A DNA stretch of 64,000 bases, taken from contig JBGOEV010000005.1 in the NCBI GenBank assembly GCA_041538025.1, forward strand, positions 12,123 to 76,122, written 5' to 3'. Below the pieces are notes generated by a model. It was not told the origin of the DNA, did no database searches, and worked only from the letters and a program-made list of their open reading frames with translations. Origin of the DNA: Candidatus Thermosaccharophagus gerlachensis (GTDB lineage: Bacteria; Armatimonadota; Fervidibacteria; Fervidibacterales; Thermosaccharophagaceae). The number at the start of each line of letters is the position of its first letter. The first letter of the stretch is position 1. Shown in pieces: positions 1-8,395 of the stretch. A program made the translations under genes and the position numbers.

Positions 1-1
1 A

Positions 2-2050
2 AGCGAACGTTACACGCTCTACACAAGGCTAAGTGGCGATGGAAAATTAACCCATGTTGATGAGTTGAACATAATGCAAAAGGATGCTGTAGCAAAGTGC
101 ACTGGCATGGTGAGTGGAGATGGCAAGTTGGATTTGAAGGTGAGTTTGCACAAGATGCGCCTCCAAGCGTTGGCTCAGCTCCTGCGTTTACGTCTGCCCC
201 TTGATGCAGTTGTCACAGCAGAAGCACAGGTGGGAGGCTCAACTAAAAAACCAGTTCTGGACATAACTGGTGAATTCACAAACATCCTGCATAAAGGCAT
301 AAGCATTGAGCGTATGGAGTTGAAGGCGGTGAAGTATTCGGGAGGTAAGCTCATAGCTAAGCGTGGTGCTTTGATTGTGCATCAAGGTGGGCAGACAATA
401 GCGTTGTGGGGTAACTTGCCAGTTAGCATGGAAGCGCCTTTTATACCACCGAAAGAAACGCTTGATGCACATATCCAAGTTGTTGATGCCCCGATAGCGC
501 TCTTAAGAGCATTCACAGTGCCTGTTAGTGAAAAGAGCATTGGTCAATTAACCGTTGATTTGCATCTCACTGGGACTTGGGAGAACCCAATGCTTGGTGG
601 CGTGCTCACCATTAGAGCCCCGAAATTGAACCTGAAGGATGACACAGTGGTGCTCAATGATGTTGAGGTGAATATCACAGCCGAAGGTAAAAGAACATTA
701 GTTAAACGATGTAGCTTTGGATTTGGTGGCGGAAGGATAAGCGTGGGGGGTTACATCCAGTTTGGTAAAGAAGCGTTGGTTTCACCAGTAGCAAACGAAT
801 TCAAATTGAACATCGATGTGAATAACTTGCCGATTAAGGTTTTTGATCCGATCTCGGTTGGTAAGCTGAACGCTTCAATGCTACTTCAGAACACAGCTGA
901 CGGAGATGGACCGATGTTGCAATTGCTCAGTGCCTCAATCTTGGAACAGCCTGAAGCACTCAAAGCAAACGGCGTTGCTCGGTGGGAACGCAAGGTGTGG
1001 GAAAGTTGGGATATTTTCAAGCGAGGGGCTTTTTTGAAAGGGCTTATGATGGTTGATTGCGATTTCGTTTTCTCTTTGAAGAGATTGCACATTCGTCTTA
1101 GGGACATTTTTGATGGGCGGATTAGTGGTAAGCTGATGTTGGTCAGCAGAGAACAGCAGGTGAACAACGGTCAAGGCACCACTCTCAACGGTGACAAAAA
1201 CATCGGCATCCCTGGTATGCGTGCCAAACCGATGTTGGTTGGTAGCGTGACATTGCATGATGGGTTGCTCCGCGGGATACTGCCTATCAGCACACAAAGG
1301 AAAACCACCATAGTTGCTCAACCCTTCCCAGCTTTGGATGTGACGATAAATGTTGGAAGCAATGTTGAGCTACGCAATGTGCAACTGAGCGCCCCGATAA
1401 GGGGACAGGTGACTGTGAAGGGTAGTCCAAATATGCCGAGGGTTACTGGGCGATTGTATGCTGATAGAGGTGCTTTGAGGCTTCCGGGGGGAGTTTTGCG
1501 ACTCGTTATAGCTGATGTTCAAATTGCTGTCTCGCCCGGAGCTGAGGTCGGAACTTTACAAAGTTCCGCGAGCTTAAATGTTGAGGCGAGGGGTAAAGTG
1601 GGGAATTACGATGTGACGATGAAAGCTTCTGGTCTGTTGCAAGAGGGCATAAGCGCAAAATGGTTGAACCTTCATTTCACATCCACACCACCGCTGGCTG
1701 AGCAAGAGATAGCGCGGAGGTTGTTCGGGATAGAGCTGCCAGAAGGGACGCTCGCGGAGGCTGTAGCTCCAACATTGCAGAGGATGTTTGTATCAGCCAT
1801 TGGTGGTGGGTTAGCTGAGGCGCTTGGGTTGGAACAGCTGATGGTTGAGGAAGAAGCGGGTAAACAGCGCTTGGGTATTGGTGCACGCATTTCACCAAGC
1901 CTTTACATACGCTGGTATCAAGGGTTAACTGGGCAAGGGAATGTAATTGAGGTTGAGCAGTGGATCGGAAAACATGCGTCTGTTATATGGCGTCAGGATG
2001 AAAGGCAACAGAAAAATGAGTTTAGAGTGCAAGTCCAGTTCCAGTTTTGA
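2..2050 (+). CDS. tamB: TamB-like translocation/assembly module protein, C-terminal part (5' end upstream of window)
   Basis: The frame is open from nt 2, with no stop before the TTG at 65 used by the ORF track, so the gene is cut by the window edge. The sequence is long and beta-rich, and ends in a DUF490-type tail: ..SLYIRWYQGLTGQGNVIEVEQWIGKHASVIWRQDE..FRVQVQFQF. It lies directly upstream of bamA. Confidence 0.7.
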   Translation, partial: SERYTLYTRLSGDGKLTHVDELNIMQKDAVAKCTGMVSGDGKLDLKVSLHKMRLQALAQLLRLRLPLDAVVTAEAQVGGSTKKPVLDITGEFTNILHKGISIERMELKAVKYSGGKLIAKRGALIVHQGGQTIALWGNLPVSMEAPFIPPKETLDAHIQVVDAPIALLRAFTVPVSEKSIGQLTVDLHLTGTWENPMLGGVLTIRAPKLNLKDDTVVLNDVEVNITAEGKRTLVKRCSFGFGGGRISVGGYIQFGKEALVSPVANEFKLNIDVNNLPIKVFDPISVGKLNASMLLQNTADGDGPMLQLLSASILEQPEALKANGVARWERKVWESWDIFKRGAFLKGLMMVDCDFVFSLKRLHIRLRDIFDGRISGKLMLVSREQQVNNGQGTTLNGDKNIGIPGMRAKPMLVGSVTLHDGLLRGILPISTQRKTTIVAQPFPALDVTINVGSNVELRNVQLSAPIRGQVTVKGSPNMPRVTGRLYADRGALRLPGGVLRLVIADVQIAVSPGAEVGTLQSSASLNVEARGKVGNYDVTMKASGLLQEGISAKWLNLHFTSTPPLAEQEIARRLFGIELPEGTLAEAVAPTLQRMFVSAIGGGLAEALGLEQLMVEEEAGKQRLGIGARISPSLYIRWYQGLTGQGNVIEVEQWIGKHASVIWRQDERQQKNEFRVQVQFQF

Positions 2051-2189
2051 TACTCATGGCAGGAAGGTGTGCCGTGCTTCAACACCATAGCGAAGGTAAT
2101 GGGGAAAAGTTTATGCATGCTATTGCGCTTGGTCGTTTGGTGGAAGACGTAATAATGGTTTTTTCTCCATTCGTGGTGGTGCTCAGCAG

Positions 2190-2807
2190 ATGTGGAAATG
2201 GCTTTCACGCAAGTCTGAAAATGGTGTTAAAGGTTTTGAAGCTGTCGTTGAGCAATACTATGAGAAGGTGTTCAGGCTTGCCTATCGCATCCTGCAACGC
2301 TATGAAGATGCTGCCGATGTAACGCAAGATGTGTTCTTACACGCATACAGGGGTTGGAAATACTTTCGTGGCGAGAGCCAAGTTTACACATGGCTGTATC
2401 GCATAACCATTAACCTGTGCAGGAATAAACTGAAACAACAAAAGAGACTACAAAGTTATGAGCTGCCGATGGAGGTAGGCGAGTATTCTGACGGAGTTGA
2501 GGGGGAGGAATCTTTTCATGTTCCTGAGGTTGCCAGTGTGTCTAATTCGCCTGAGGAAGTTGCAGCAAGGCATGAGCTGATGGAGATGATAGAGAAGGCG
2601 CTAAATGACTTGCCCGTTGATTACAGAACCTTGATAACCCTTCGTGATATAGAAGGGTTGTCATACAAAGACATCGCAAAGATCCTTGGATGCACTGTTA
2701 CAGCAGTCAAGGCAAAGCTTTTTAGAGCGAGAACACAGCTAAGAGAAAAGCTCCTGCCATATCTGAAGGAGGGGGAAAGCAATGAGAGGTGTCGGGATGC
2801 TACTTGA
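2190..2807 (+). CDS. ECF (sigma-24/RpoE-like) RNA polymerase sigma factor
   Basis: Region 2 is DVTQDVFLHAYRGWKYFRGESQVYTWLYRITINLCRNKLK. Region 4 HTH is LSYKDIAKILGCTVTAVKAKLFRARTQLR. At 205 aa the size is typical of group 4 sigmas. Confidence 0.9.
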   Translation: MWKWLSRKSENGVKGFEAVVEQYYEKVFRLAYRILQRYEDAADVTQDVFLHAYRGWKYFRGESQVYTWLYRITINLCRNKLKQQKRLQSYELPMEVGEYSDGVEGEESFHVPEVASVSNSPEEVAARHELMEMIEKALNDLPVDYRTLITLRDIEGLSYKDIAKILGCTVTAVKAKLFRARTQLREKLLPYLKEGESNERCRDAT

Positions 2808-4641
2808 TTCTTTCAATGTGAGCATGCGATTGAAAACTGTCTTGCTCGTCACCACAGCGTTGTTATGTGTTGTAGCAAATGAAAGTGCGTTTGGGCAGGC
2901 GAGGGAAGTCAGCGAGATCAAGTTCGTCGGGCTTAAGCATATCCCACCTGAAAACTTAACACATGTGCTCTCGGTGAAAGTTGGGGATGTGCTGATTGAA
3001 GAAGATCTGCGCGAGCGCCTCACAAACGATATGGATAAGCTATGGCAGCTTGGTTTCTTTGCTCGTCGCCCCGAATTTTTTTACGAAGTTGATGAGAGGG
3101 GCAGGTGGGTGGTCACCATAAGGTTGGTTGAACATGCTGTGGTTAAGGAGATAATTATTGAAGGTAACACCGCAATAGCCACTGAGGAAATTCTCTCAGT
3201 GATGTCCACGAAGGTTGATCAGATACTTAACAAGGCTGTGCTTGCAAGGGATATTGAGCGCATTAGGGAGCTTTATAGGGATAAGGGCTTTTTGGGCGAT
3301 GTTGAGTCACTTGATTTTGAGGAAACAACTGGTAAGCTGAAACTGAAGCTTATTGAAGCGCGCATAACGGCTATAAACTTTGCTGGCTTGAAGAAGACGA
3401 AAGAGAAGATTTTGAGAATGGTGCTGCTCACAAAAGTTGGTGACTTGTTCAATCAAAAGCGCTTAGCAGAAGATTGGAGGCGCTTGAGCAACCTTGGTCT
3501 TTTTAAGAGCATAGAAATAGAAACGCGTCCCGACGAGAGTGGGAACGGTATAGCTGTGACATACAAAATTGAGGAACAACGAACCGGGATGGCAAGCGCT
3601 GGCATAGGTGCAAGCTCAAGGGGTGAATTTGTTGGCTACATCATGCTGCAGGAGAACAACCTTGGTGGGCTTGCGCAGAAGCTTAGGTTAGGTGCTGAAT
3701 TTTTTGAGCGCAAGACTTGGGAAATCTATTACGAGCGCCCATATGTGAACAGCAGAGGGTTGATGCTTTCCACACACATCTACAATACGCGCTTTTACAG
3801 GGAGCCAAGAACAGCATGGCTCATAAGCCCACAGCAGTGGGTGTTACAAGATACCCTCTTCACTGAGGAGCGCGAAGGTATAAGGCTCACTTTAAGGCAA
3901 CCACGGAGTAAGGAAGACAGAAGAACTTGGTATACCTTAGGGTTGCGCAACGAGGATGTATCATTTGCGCAGCGAAGGTATGTTGGCGGAACATTGCAAG
4001 AAGTTGGTCCAACTCAATCCCAAGGGAGGGTAATGGCAGTCCAGTTTGGATATGAAAGGGATACAAGGGATATACAGTTTGACCCTTCAAGGGGTCAGAA
4101 CTCAATTTTCAACATAGAGATCGCCACGAAGGTGCTCGGTGGTGATCATAGCTTCGCAAGAACATATATTGAGTGGCGTTTTTATCGCCCTATCGGTAAG
4201 GGCACATTAAAGGTGACAAGAGAACTGCAGATACCAAGGAGCTTAATAGCAGTGAGGCTAATGTGTGGGACGGCAATTGGTGACCTGCCAATTTTTGAAA
4301 ACTACTTTGCTGGTGGTCCGGAAAACCTTCGTGGCTACAGTATAGACAGGTTTGTTGGAAAGCACATGATTGTGCTTAACACGGAGCTACGCTACAGACT
4401 GAATCCAAATGTCCAGTTAGTCCTTTTCGGCGACTCAGGTGATGCATGGGGTGGAAAGTATGCCGTTGACTTTGAAGCACTCCTGCGAGGTGTGGAAAAG
4501 AGACGCACATCTATGGAGCCTAAATATGGGTATGGTGTTGGCGTAAGGTTTGCAACACCTTTGGGGTTGATTAGGTTTGATTATGCAATAAACGATGAGG
4601 GGAAAAGTAAGTTCCATGTGAGCATTGGACAGCTCTTTTGA
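2782..4641 (+). CDS. bamA: Outer membrane protein assembly factor BamA (Omp85 family)
   Basis: RBS GGAGGGGG lies 6 nt before the ATG at 2782. The hydrophobic signal is MRLKTVLLVTTALLCVVANESAFGQA. POTRA-like repeats are present (EIKFVGLKHI.., VKEIIIEGNTAI.., ITAINFAGLKKTKE..). The C-terminal barrel carries FAGGPENLRGYS and ends ..FHVSIGQLF. The start could instead be 2797 or 2824. Confidence 0.9.
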   Translation: MRGVGMLLDSFNVSMRLKTVLLVTTALLCVVANESAFGQAREVSEIKFVGLKHIPPENLTHVLSVKVGDVLIEEDLRERLTNDMDKLWQLGFFARRPEFFYEVDERGRWVVTIRLVEHAVVKEIIIEGNTAIATEEILSVMSTKVDQILNKAVLARDIERIRELYRDKGFLGDVESLDFEETTGKLKLKLIEARITAINFAGLKKTKEKILRMVLLTKVGDLFNQKRLAEDWRRLSNLGLFKSIEIETRPDESGNGIAVTYKIEEQRTGMASAGIGASSRGEFVGYIMLQENNLGGLAQKLRLGAEFFERKTWEIYYERPYVNSRGLMLSTHIYNTRFYREPRTAWLISPQQWVLQDTLFTEEREGIRLTLRQPRSKEDRRTWYTLGLRNEDVSFAQRRYVGGTLQEVGPTQSQGRVMAVQFGYERDTRDIQFDPSRGQNSIFNIEIATKVLGGDHSFARTYIEWRFYRPIGKGTLKVTRELQIPRSLIAVRLMCGTAIGDLPIFENYFAGGPENLRGYSIDRFVGKHMIVLNTELRYRLNPNVQLVLFGDSGDAWGGKYAVDFEALLRGVEKRRTSMEPKYGYGVGVRFATPLGLIRFDYAINDEGKSKFHVSIGQLF

Positions 4642-4691
4642 TCGTAGGGAATGTGCGTAAGGTTGAAATACATCCTTTGGGGGTGAAGCCG

Positions 4692-5465
4692 ATGATAGAC
4701 ACCATGCTCAAATTTCTCTCGTTTGATTTAAAGTGCGCATGGTGGACAAAGCTTTGCAAGACAGTCGTTATAGTGAGTGTGTTGTTCTCTTTGTTCTCTG
4801 TGCACAGCAAAGCTTTTTCGGACGAGAGTTCACCACCACAACAAGGCAAGCTGTTGATCGCTGTTGTGGACATGGATAGGCTTCTTAAGGAGTATCAGGA
4901 GTTGAGGAAGGCTGACGAGGAGTATAAGATTGAGGTGAGGAGGCGGCAGGAAAAATTAGAGATGAGGGAGATGCTTAGACCAGAAGAGATACGCGAGCTT
5001 GATAAGCTTGAAGCGCTTGAAGCTGAAGGGAAGCTAACGAGTGAGGGGAAGAAAAAACTTGAAGAGCTAAAGAGACTCTCGGAGGAGAGACGCAGCCTCA
5101 TGAATATACTCATAACGAAAACGCTCACCGAGGAAGAAAAGAAACAGCTCGCCGAACTTCAGGAGATAACTCGTTCAAACGAGCCACTGCTTAAAAAGAT
5201 GCAAGAGAAATATGATGAAGAACTTGGCAGGCTGATGGACGCCTACCTTGAGAGGTTAGGCAAGCGCATATACGATTCTGTGAAAGCGGTCGCACAACGC
5301 TACGGTATAAAGCTCGTCATAGCTAAAAGAGGGATGCAAAAGTGGCAAGCAGTGTTTGATGAATTTGTCCTTTATGCTGACGCGACGATGGAAATAACAC
5401 AAGAAGTTCTTAACATACTCAACGCACCGCCTGAGACGAAAGGTAAAGAGCAACCAAAGAAGTGA
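4692..5465 (+). CDS. OmpH/Skp-family periplasmic chaperone paralog 1
   Basis: Start chosen at ATG 4692, after RBS GGGGGTGA. It has a signal/anchor followed by LLIAVVDMDRLLKEYQELRKADEEYK, then a long Glu/Lys/Arg-rich coiled coil. It sits between bamA and lpxD, the canonical skp position. Confidence 0.7.
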   Translation: MIDTMLKFLSFDLKCAWWTKLCKTVVIVSVLFSLFSVHSKAFSDESSPPQQGKLLIAVVDMDRLLKEYQELRKADEEYKIEVRRRQEKLEMREMLRPEEIRELDKLEALEAEGKLTSEGKKKLEELKRLSEERRSLMNILITKTLTEEEKKQLAELQEITRSNEPLLKKMQEKYDEELGRLMDAYLERLGKRIYDSVKAVAQRYGIKLVIAKRGMQKWQAVFDEFVLYADATMEITQEVLNILNAPPETKGKEQPKK

Positions 5466-5512
5466 ATTGGCTTGCTTTCATTGGGATCATAAAGCAATGC
5501 GAGGTGAACAGG

Positions 5513-6217
5513 ATGAATAAACATGATGAAGCAACTGGAGGAGGGAAAGGAGCAGGGTTATTTCCCTACAAGATTTTGACGGTGCTCGCGTTGGCTTTCA
5601 TTTTAGCAGCGATGATGAGCATCTTCGGCTCGCTTGTATCGGCGCAAGCTGGGTTGAAAGTTGGTGTGATAAATGTTGGAGCGATACAGAGGGAGTTCAG
5701 CGAATACAAAGAGGCAGCGAAAAGGCTTGAGGAGGAAAGAAAGGCATACGAACAAAAGTTGGCACAGTTGCGAGCTTATCTTCTTTTGAGGGGTGAGGAG
5801 TTGGATGAGCTATTGAAACTGAGTTCAAAGGCAGGGTTAAGCGAAGCTGAGCACCGCAGGCTCCTTGAGTTGCGTGGGTTGCAATTGCAGCGCGCTGATG
5901 AATTACAGCGGTTGAGCACAACACCACCAGATAAACTCACACAGGCTCAACTACAGCGCCTTAAGGAGCTACAAGCTATAGCGCGTGAGAACAGCAATAG
6001 ACACAAGGAGTTGGCAGAAGAGCTGCAGAAGAAATTGGACAACCTGAGTGAGCAATTGCGCTCTCATGTTGAGGGGCGAATAAAAGAGGCAGTGGCTGAG
6101 GTGGCAAAGAGAGAAGGATTAGATTTAGTGCTTGACTATAACGCTGTTTACTTCGTCCGTGGTGAGGTTCTTGACATAACATCTCTGGTCATAAAGCGCT
6201 TGAGCAAAACTAAGTGA
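5513..6217 (+). CDS. OmpH/Skp-family periplasmic chaperone paralog 2
   Basis: Start at ATG 5513, after RBS GAGGTGA. The TM/signal is ILTVLALAFILAAMMSIFGSLVSAQA, followed by the Skp-type onset LKVGVINVGAIQREFSEYKEAAKRLEEE and a coiled coil. Confidence 0.7.
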   Translation: MNKHDEATGGGKGAGLFPYKILTVLALAFILAAMMSIFGSLVSAQAGLKVGVINVGAIQREFSEYKEAAKRLEEERKAYEQKLAQLRAYLLLRGEELDELLKLSSKAGLSEAEHRRLLELRGLQLQRADELQRLSTTPPDKLTQAQLQRLKELQAIARENSNRHKELAEELQKKLDNLSEQLRSHVEGRIKEAVAEVAKREGLDLVLDYNAVYFVRGEVLDITSLVIKRLSKTK

Positions 6218-6225
6218 GGGAAGCG

Positions 6226-7299
6226 ATGAAGCTTTTGCGAGTTATCGCATTTGCCTCATGCTTAGTGCTCCAAATAACTCATGCTGTTGGTGAGAAGGAC
6301 ACGAAGCATTATGCCGTTGGTTGTCGTGTGGCGTTCGTAGATATTGATCAGCTTTTGCATGTTCACCCAATTCGCAATGCACTCATGCTTTCACTTGGTG
6401 AGTTAAAGAGAAGCCTGTTGTATCGCCAGCCAAAGCAACAAACGGAAGCGAATGCTAAACAGCATCTTGATTTAAAGGTTGCGCCAATATTCCCAACTGA
6501 AATAGCAGAGCCAGTCGAACCGACACTTGAAGGACTCCACGAAAACGACCTTGGTATGATCAAGCGAGCGTGTGAGCGTCTCAAGGCAGTCATTGAGGAA
6601 TTGCGCAACGATGCTGAAAATCAACTTTCGCTGCTTTTGGACGCTAAGAGAGCCGAGATAAAAAAACAATACCTCTCGGAGCTGCAAAATTTACTTGAGC
6701 TTCAATCTCCTATAAGGACAAGGATAAGCATACGCCTTCTTAGCCCTTCGCTGAGTGCGTTAGAGCGTGAAGCCCTTTTGTTGGAGGAGAAGAAACTTGA
6801 TGCAGAGATTGAAAGCAAACTGATGGAAGCACAACAAAAGGCTGAAAAGCAGTTGCTTGAATATGAGTATTCACTGCGGGAAAAAGTGTCAGAGCGCTTC
6901 AAGAGGGTGAATAGCGAGCTTGAGAAGTGCTTTTTTGATGCACTGCGCGCACTCGTGCGAGGGCACACCCCACCAAAGTGGTTAAATGTGCGTGATCTAT
7001 GGCACGCCTTGAACCCACAGGTTGAAGAGTCGTTTAGCATGAAAGTGGTGGAGCAAAAGCTTTTGGACAACCTCAGGAAAATGGAGGAGCATTTGGATTT
7101 GGAGGGCATCGTTGGGGCTGTTGAATTTGAGTGTGTAAGCAGTTGGGAAAACGCTCTCAGGGAAAGCATCATTCGTTTTGCGAATGCTTATGCGTTGCAA
7201 CATGGCTTTAGGAAGCTCGTGACGAAGAGGCAACATGGTGCGGTTGATATTACAAAAGATGTGGCAAGGGAATTAAAGAAAGTGATGCATATCAGATGA
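6226..7299 (+). CDS. OmpH/Skp-like coiled-coil periplasmic protein, paralog 3 (long)
   Basis: Start at ATG 6226, after GAGGGA. The signal peptide is MKLLRVIAFASCLVLQITHA. VAFVDIDQLLHVHP resembles the Skp N-terminal strand. The rest is extended heptad-like Leu/Glu/Lys sequence. This is the most divergent of the three paralogs. Confidence 0.5.
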   Translation: MKLLRVIAFASCLVLQITHAVGEKDTKHYAVGCRVAFVDIDQLLHVHPIRNALMLSLGELKRSLLYRQPKQQTEANAKQHLDLKVAPIFPTEIAEPVEPTLEGLHENDLGMIKRACERLKAVIEELRNDAENQLSLLLDAKRAEIKKQYLSELQNLLELQSPIRTRISIRLLSPSLSALEREALLLEEKKLDAEIESKLMEAQQKAEKQLLEYEYSLREKVSERFKRVNSELEKCFFDALRALVRGHTPPKWLNVRDLWHALNPQVEESFSMKVVEQKLLDNLRKMEEHLDLEGIVGAVEFECVSSWENALRESIIRFANAYALQHGFRKLVTKRQHGAVDITKDVARELKKVMHIR

Positions 7300-7320
7300 C
7301 GTTGGGTGAGAGGTTTTGCT

Positions 7321-8370
7321 ATGAGAAGACGAAATGTTAAGGTGACGCTCGGCGAAATAGCAAAGCTTGTCAATGGAAAGGTCGTCGGCGACGAGAACAT
7401 TGCTATTAGTGGCATAAGCGATATTGAAGATGCGAAGCCAAGCGATATTGTTGTTGCGTTTGACGAACGACACGCAGACATCGCGTTCTCAAGCAATGCA
7501 GGTGCTGTGCTTGTCCCACCGGGCTTGGAGAGGGGAGAGAAACCATGTATTACTTGTGAGCAACCAAAGCTTGCAATGATCATTATCGCTGAGATGTTTG
7601 CTGAAGAAAGGTTCTCACCATCTGGCATAAGTGAACTTGCAGTCATACATCCAACAGCGAAAGTTGCCCAAGATGCATCAGTAGGTCCTTTTAGCTTCAT
7701 TGGAGAGATGAGTGAGGTTGGTTCAAGGACGATCGTCTATCCCTTTGTCTACATTGGGGCAAGCGTGAAGGTTGGTTGCGATTGCACGATTTATCCGGGG
7801 GTGGTCATATACGACGGTGTGTGCATTGGTGATAGGGTAGTCATACACGCTAATGCGGTCATAGGTAAAGATGGGTTTGGTTTTGTTTGGGATGGGAAGA
7901 TGCATAGACGGATACCACAAATTGGCACTGTGCTCATTGAGGATGATGTTGAAGTAGGCGCTAACACATGCGTAGACAGAGCAACACTCGGTGTGACGAG
8001 GATAAGGAAGGGGACAAAGATAGATAACCTCGTTCAAATCGCTCACAACTGTGATGTGGGCGATTCGTGCATTCTTTGTGGTATGTCTGGGCTCGCTGGG
8101 AGCGTGAAGCTCGGAAAGAATGTGATGGTAGGAGCACAAGCTGGGGTGAGAGATCATGTGAGCGTTGGTGATGGGGCAACCATTGCCGGTAGGGCTGCCG
8201 TGACGAAGGATGTAACAGGTGGTGAGGTCGTCTCAGGCTATCCAGCAAGACCGCACAAAGAGGCTTTGCGTATAGAGGCGTTTATCCATCAACTGCCAAA
8301 CTTATATGAGAGAGTAAAGAGGCTTGAGGAAACGGTGAGGGAGCTGAAGAAGGTTAATTCAGATTCGTAG
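7321..8370 (+). CDS. lpxD: UDP-3-O-(3-hydroxyacyl)glucosamine N-acyltransferase
   Basis: The N-terminal domain is VTLGEIAKLVNGKVVGDENIAISGISDIEDAKPSDIVV. Many hexapeptide (left-handed beta-helix) repeats follow (IHPTAKV, VGPFSFIG, IYPGVVIYDG, IHANAVIG ...), then a C-terminal helix. ATG 7321 follows RBS GGGTGAGAGG. Confidence 0.9.
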   Translation: MRRRNVKVTLGEIAKLVNGKVVGDENIAISGISDIEDAKPSDIVVAFDERHADIAFSSNAGAVLVPPGLERGEKPCITCEQPKLAMIIIAEMFAEERFSPSGISELAVIHPTAKVAQDASVGPFSFIGEMSEVGSRTIVYPFVYIGASVKVGCDCTIYPGVVIYDGVCIGDRVVIHANAVIGKDGFGFVWDGKMHRRIPQIGTVLIEDDVEVGANTCVDRATLGVTRIRKGTKIDNLVQIAHNCDVGDSCILCGMSGLAGSVKLGKNVMVGAQAGVRDHVSVGDGATIAGRAAVTKDVTGGEVVSGYPARPHKEALRIEAFIHQLPNLYERVKRLEETVRELKKVNSDS

Positions 8371-8395
8371 AACAAAGGAGGCAGCATAGGAAGTT

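Noticed and set aside
2051-2189. ECF-type autoregulatory promoter (GGAAC-N16/17-CGT) in the tamB-sigma spacer.
   Set aside because: A GGAAGA element is present, but the only CGT-containing -10 candidate is about 22 nt away, outside the usual spacing. Not supportable without a genome-wide motif comparison.
2047-2322. 91-aa ORF between tamB and the ECF sigma as a candidate anti-sigma factor.
   Set aside because: It overlaps the sigma factor 5' end in another frame. It has no TM helix or zinc-binding HxxxCxxC anti-sigma motif and no SD.
7188-7700. 170-aa minus-strand ORF antisense to lpxD. Similar long antisense ORFs lie over purH (26516-27052, 27641-28132), the skp paralog (6702-7172) and the GxGD membrane gene (58614-59111).
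   Set aside because: Each lies opposite a confidently identified gene, has a low-complexity Ser/Ala/Pro/Leu composition and lacks a ribosome-binding site.
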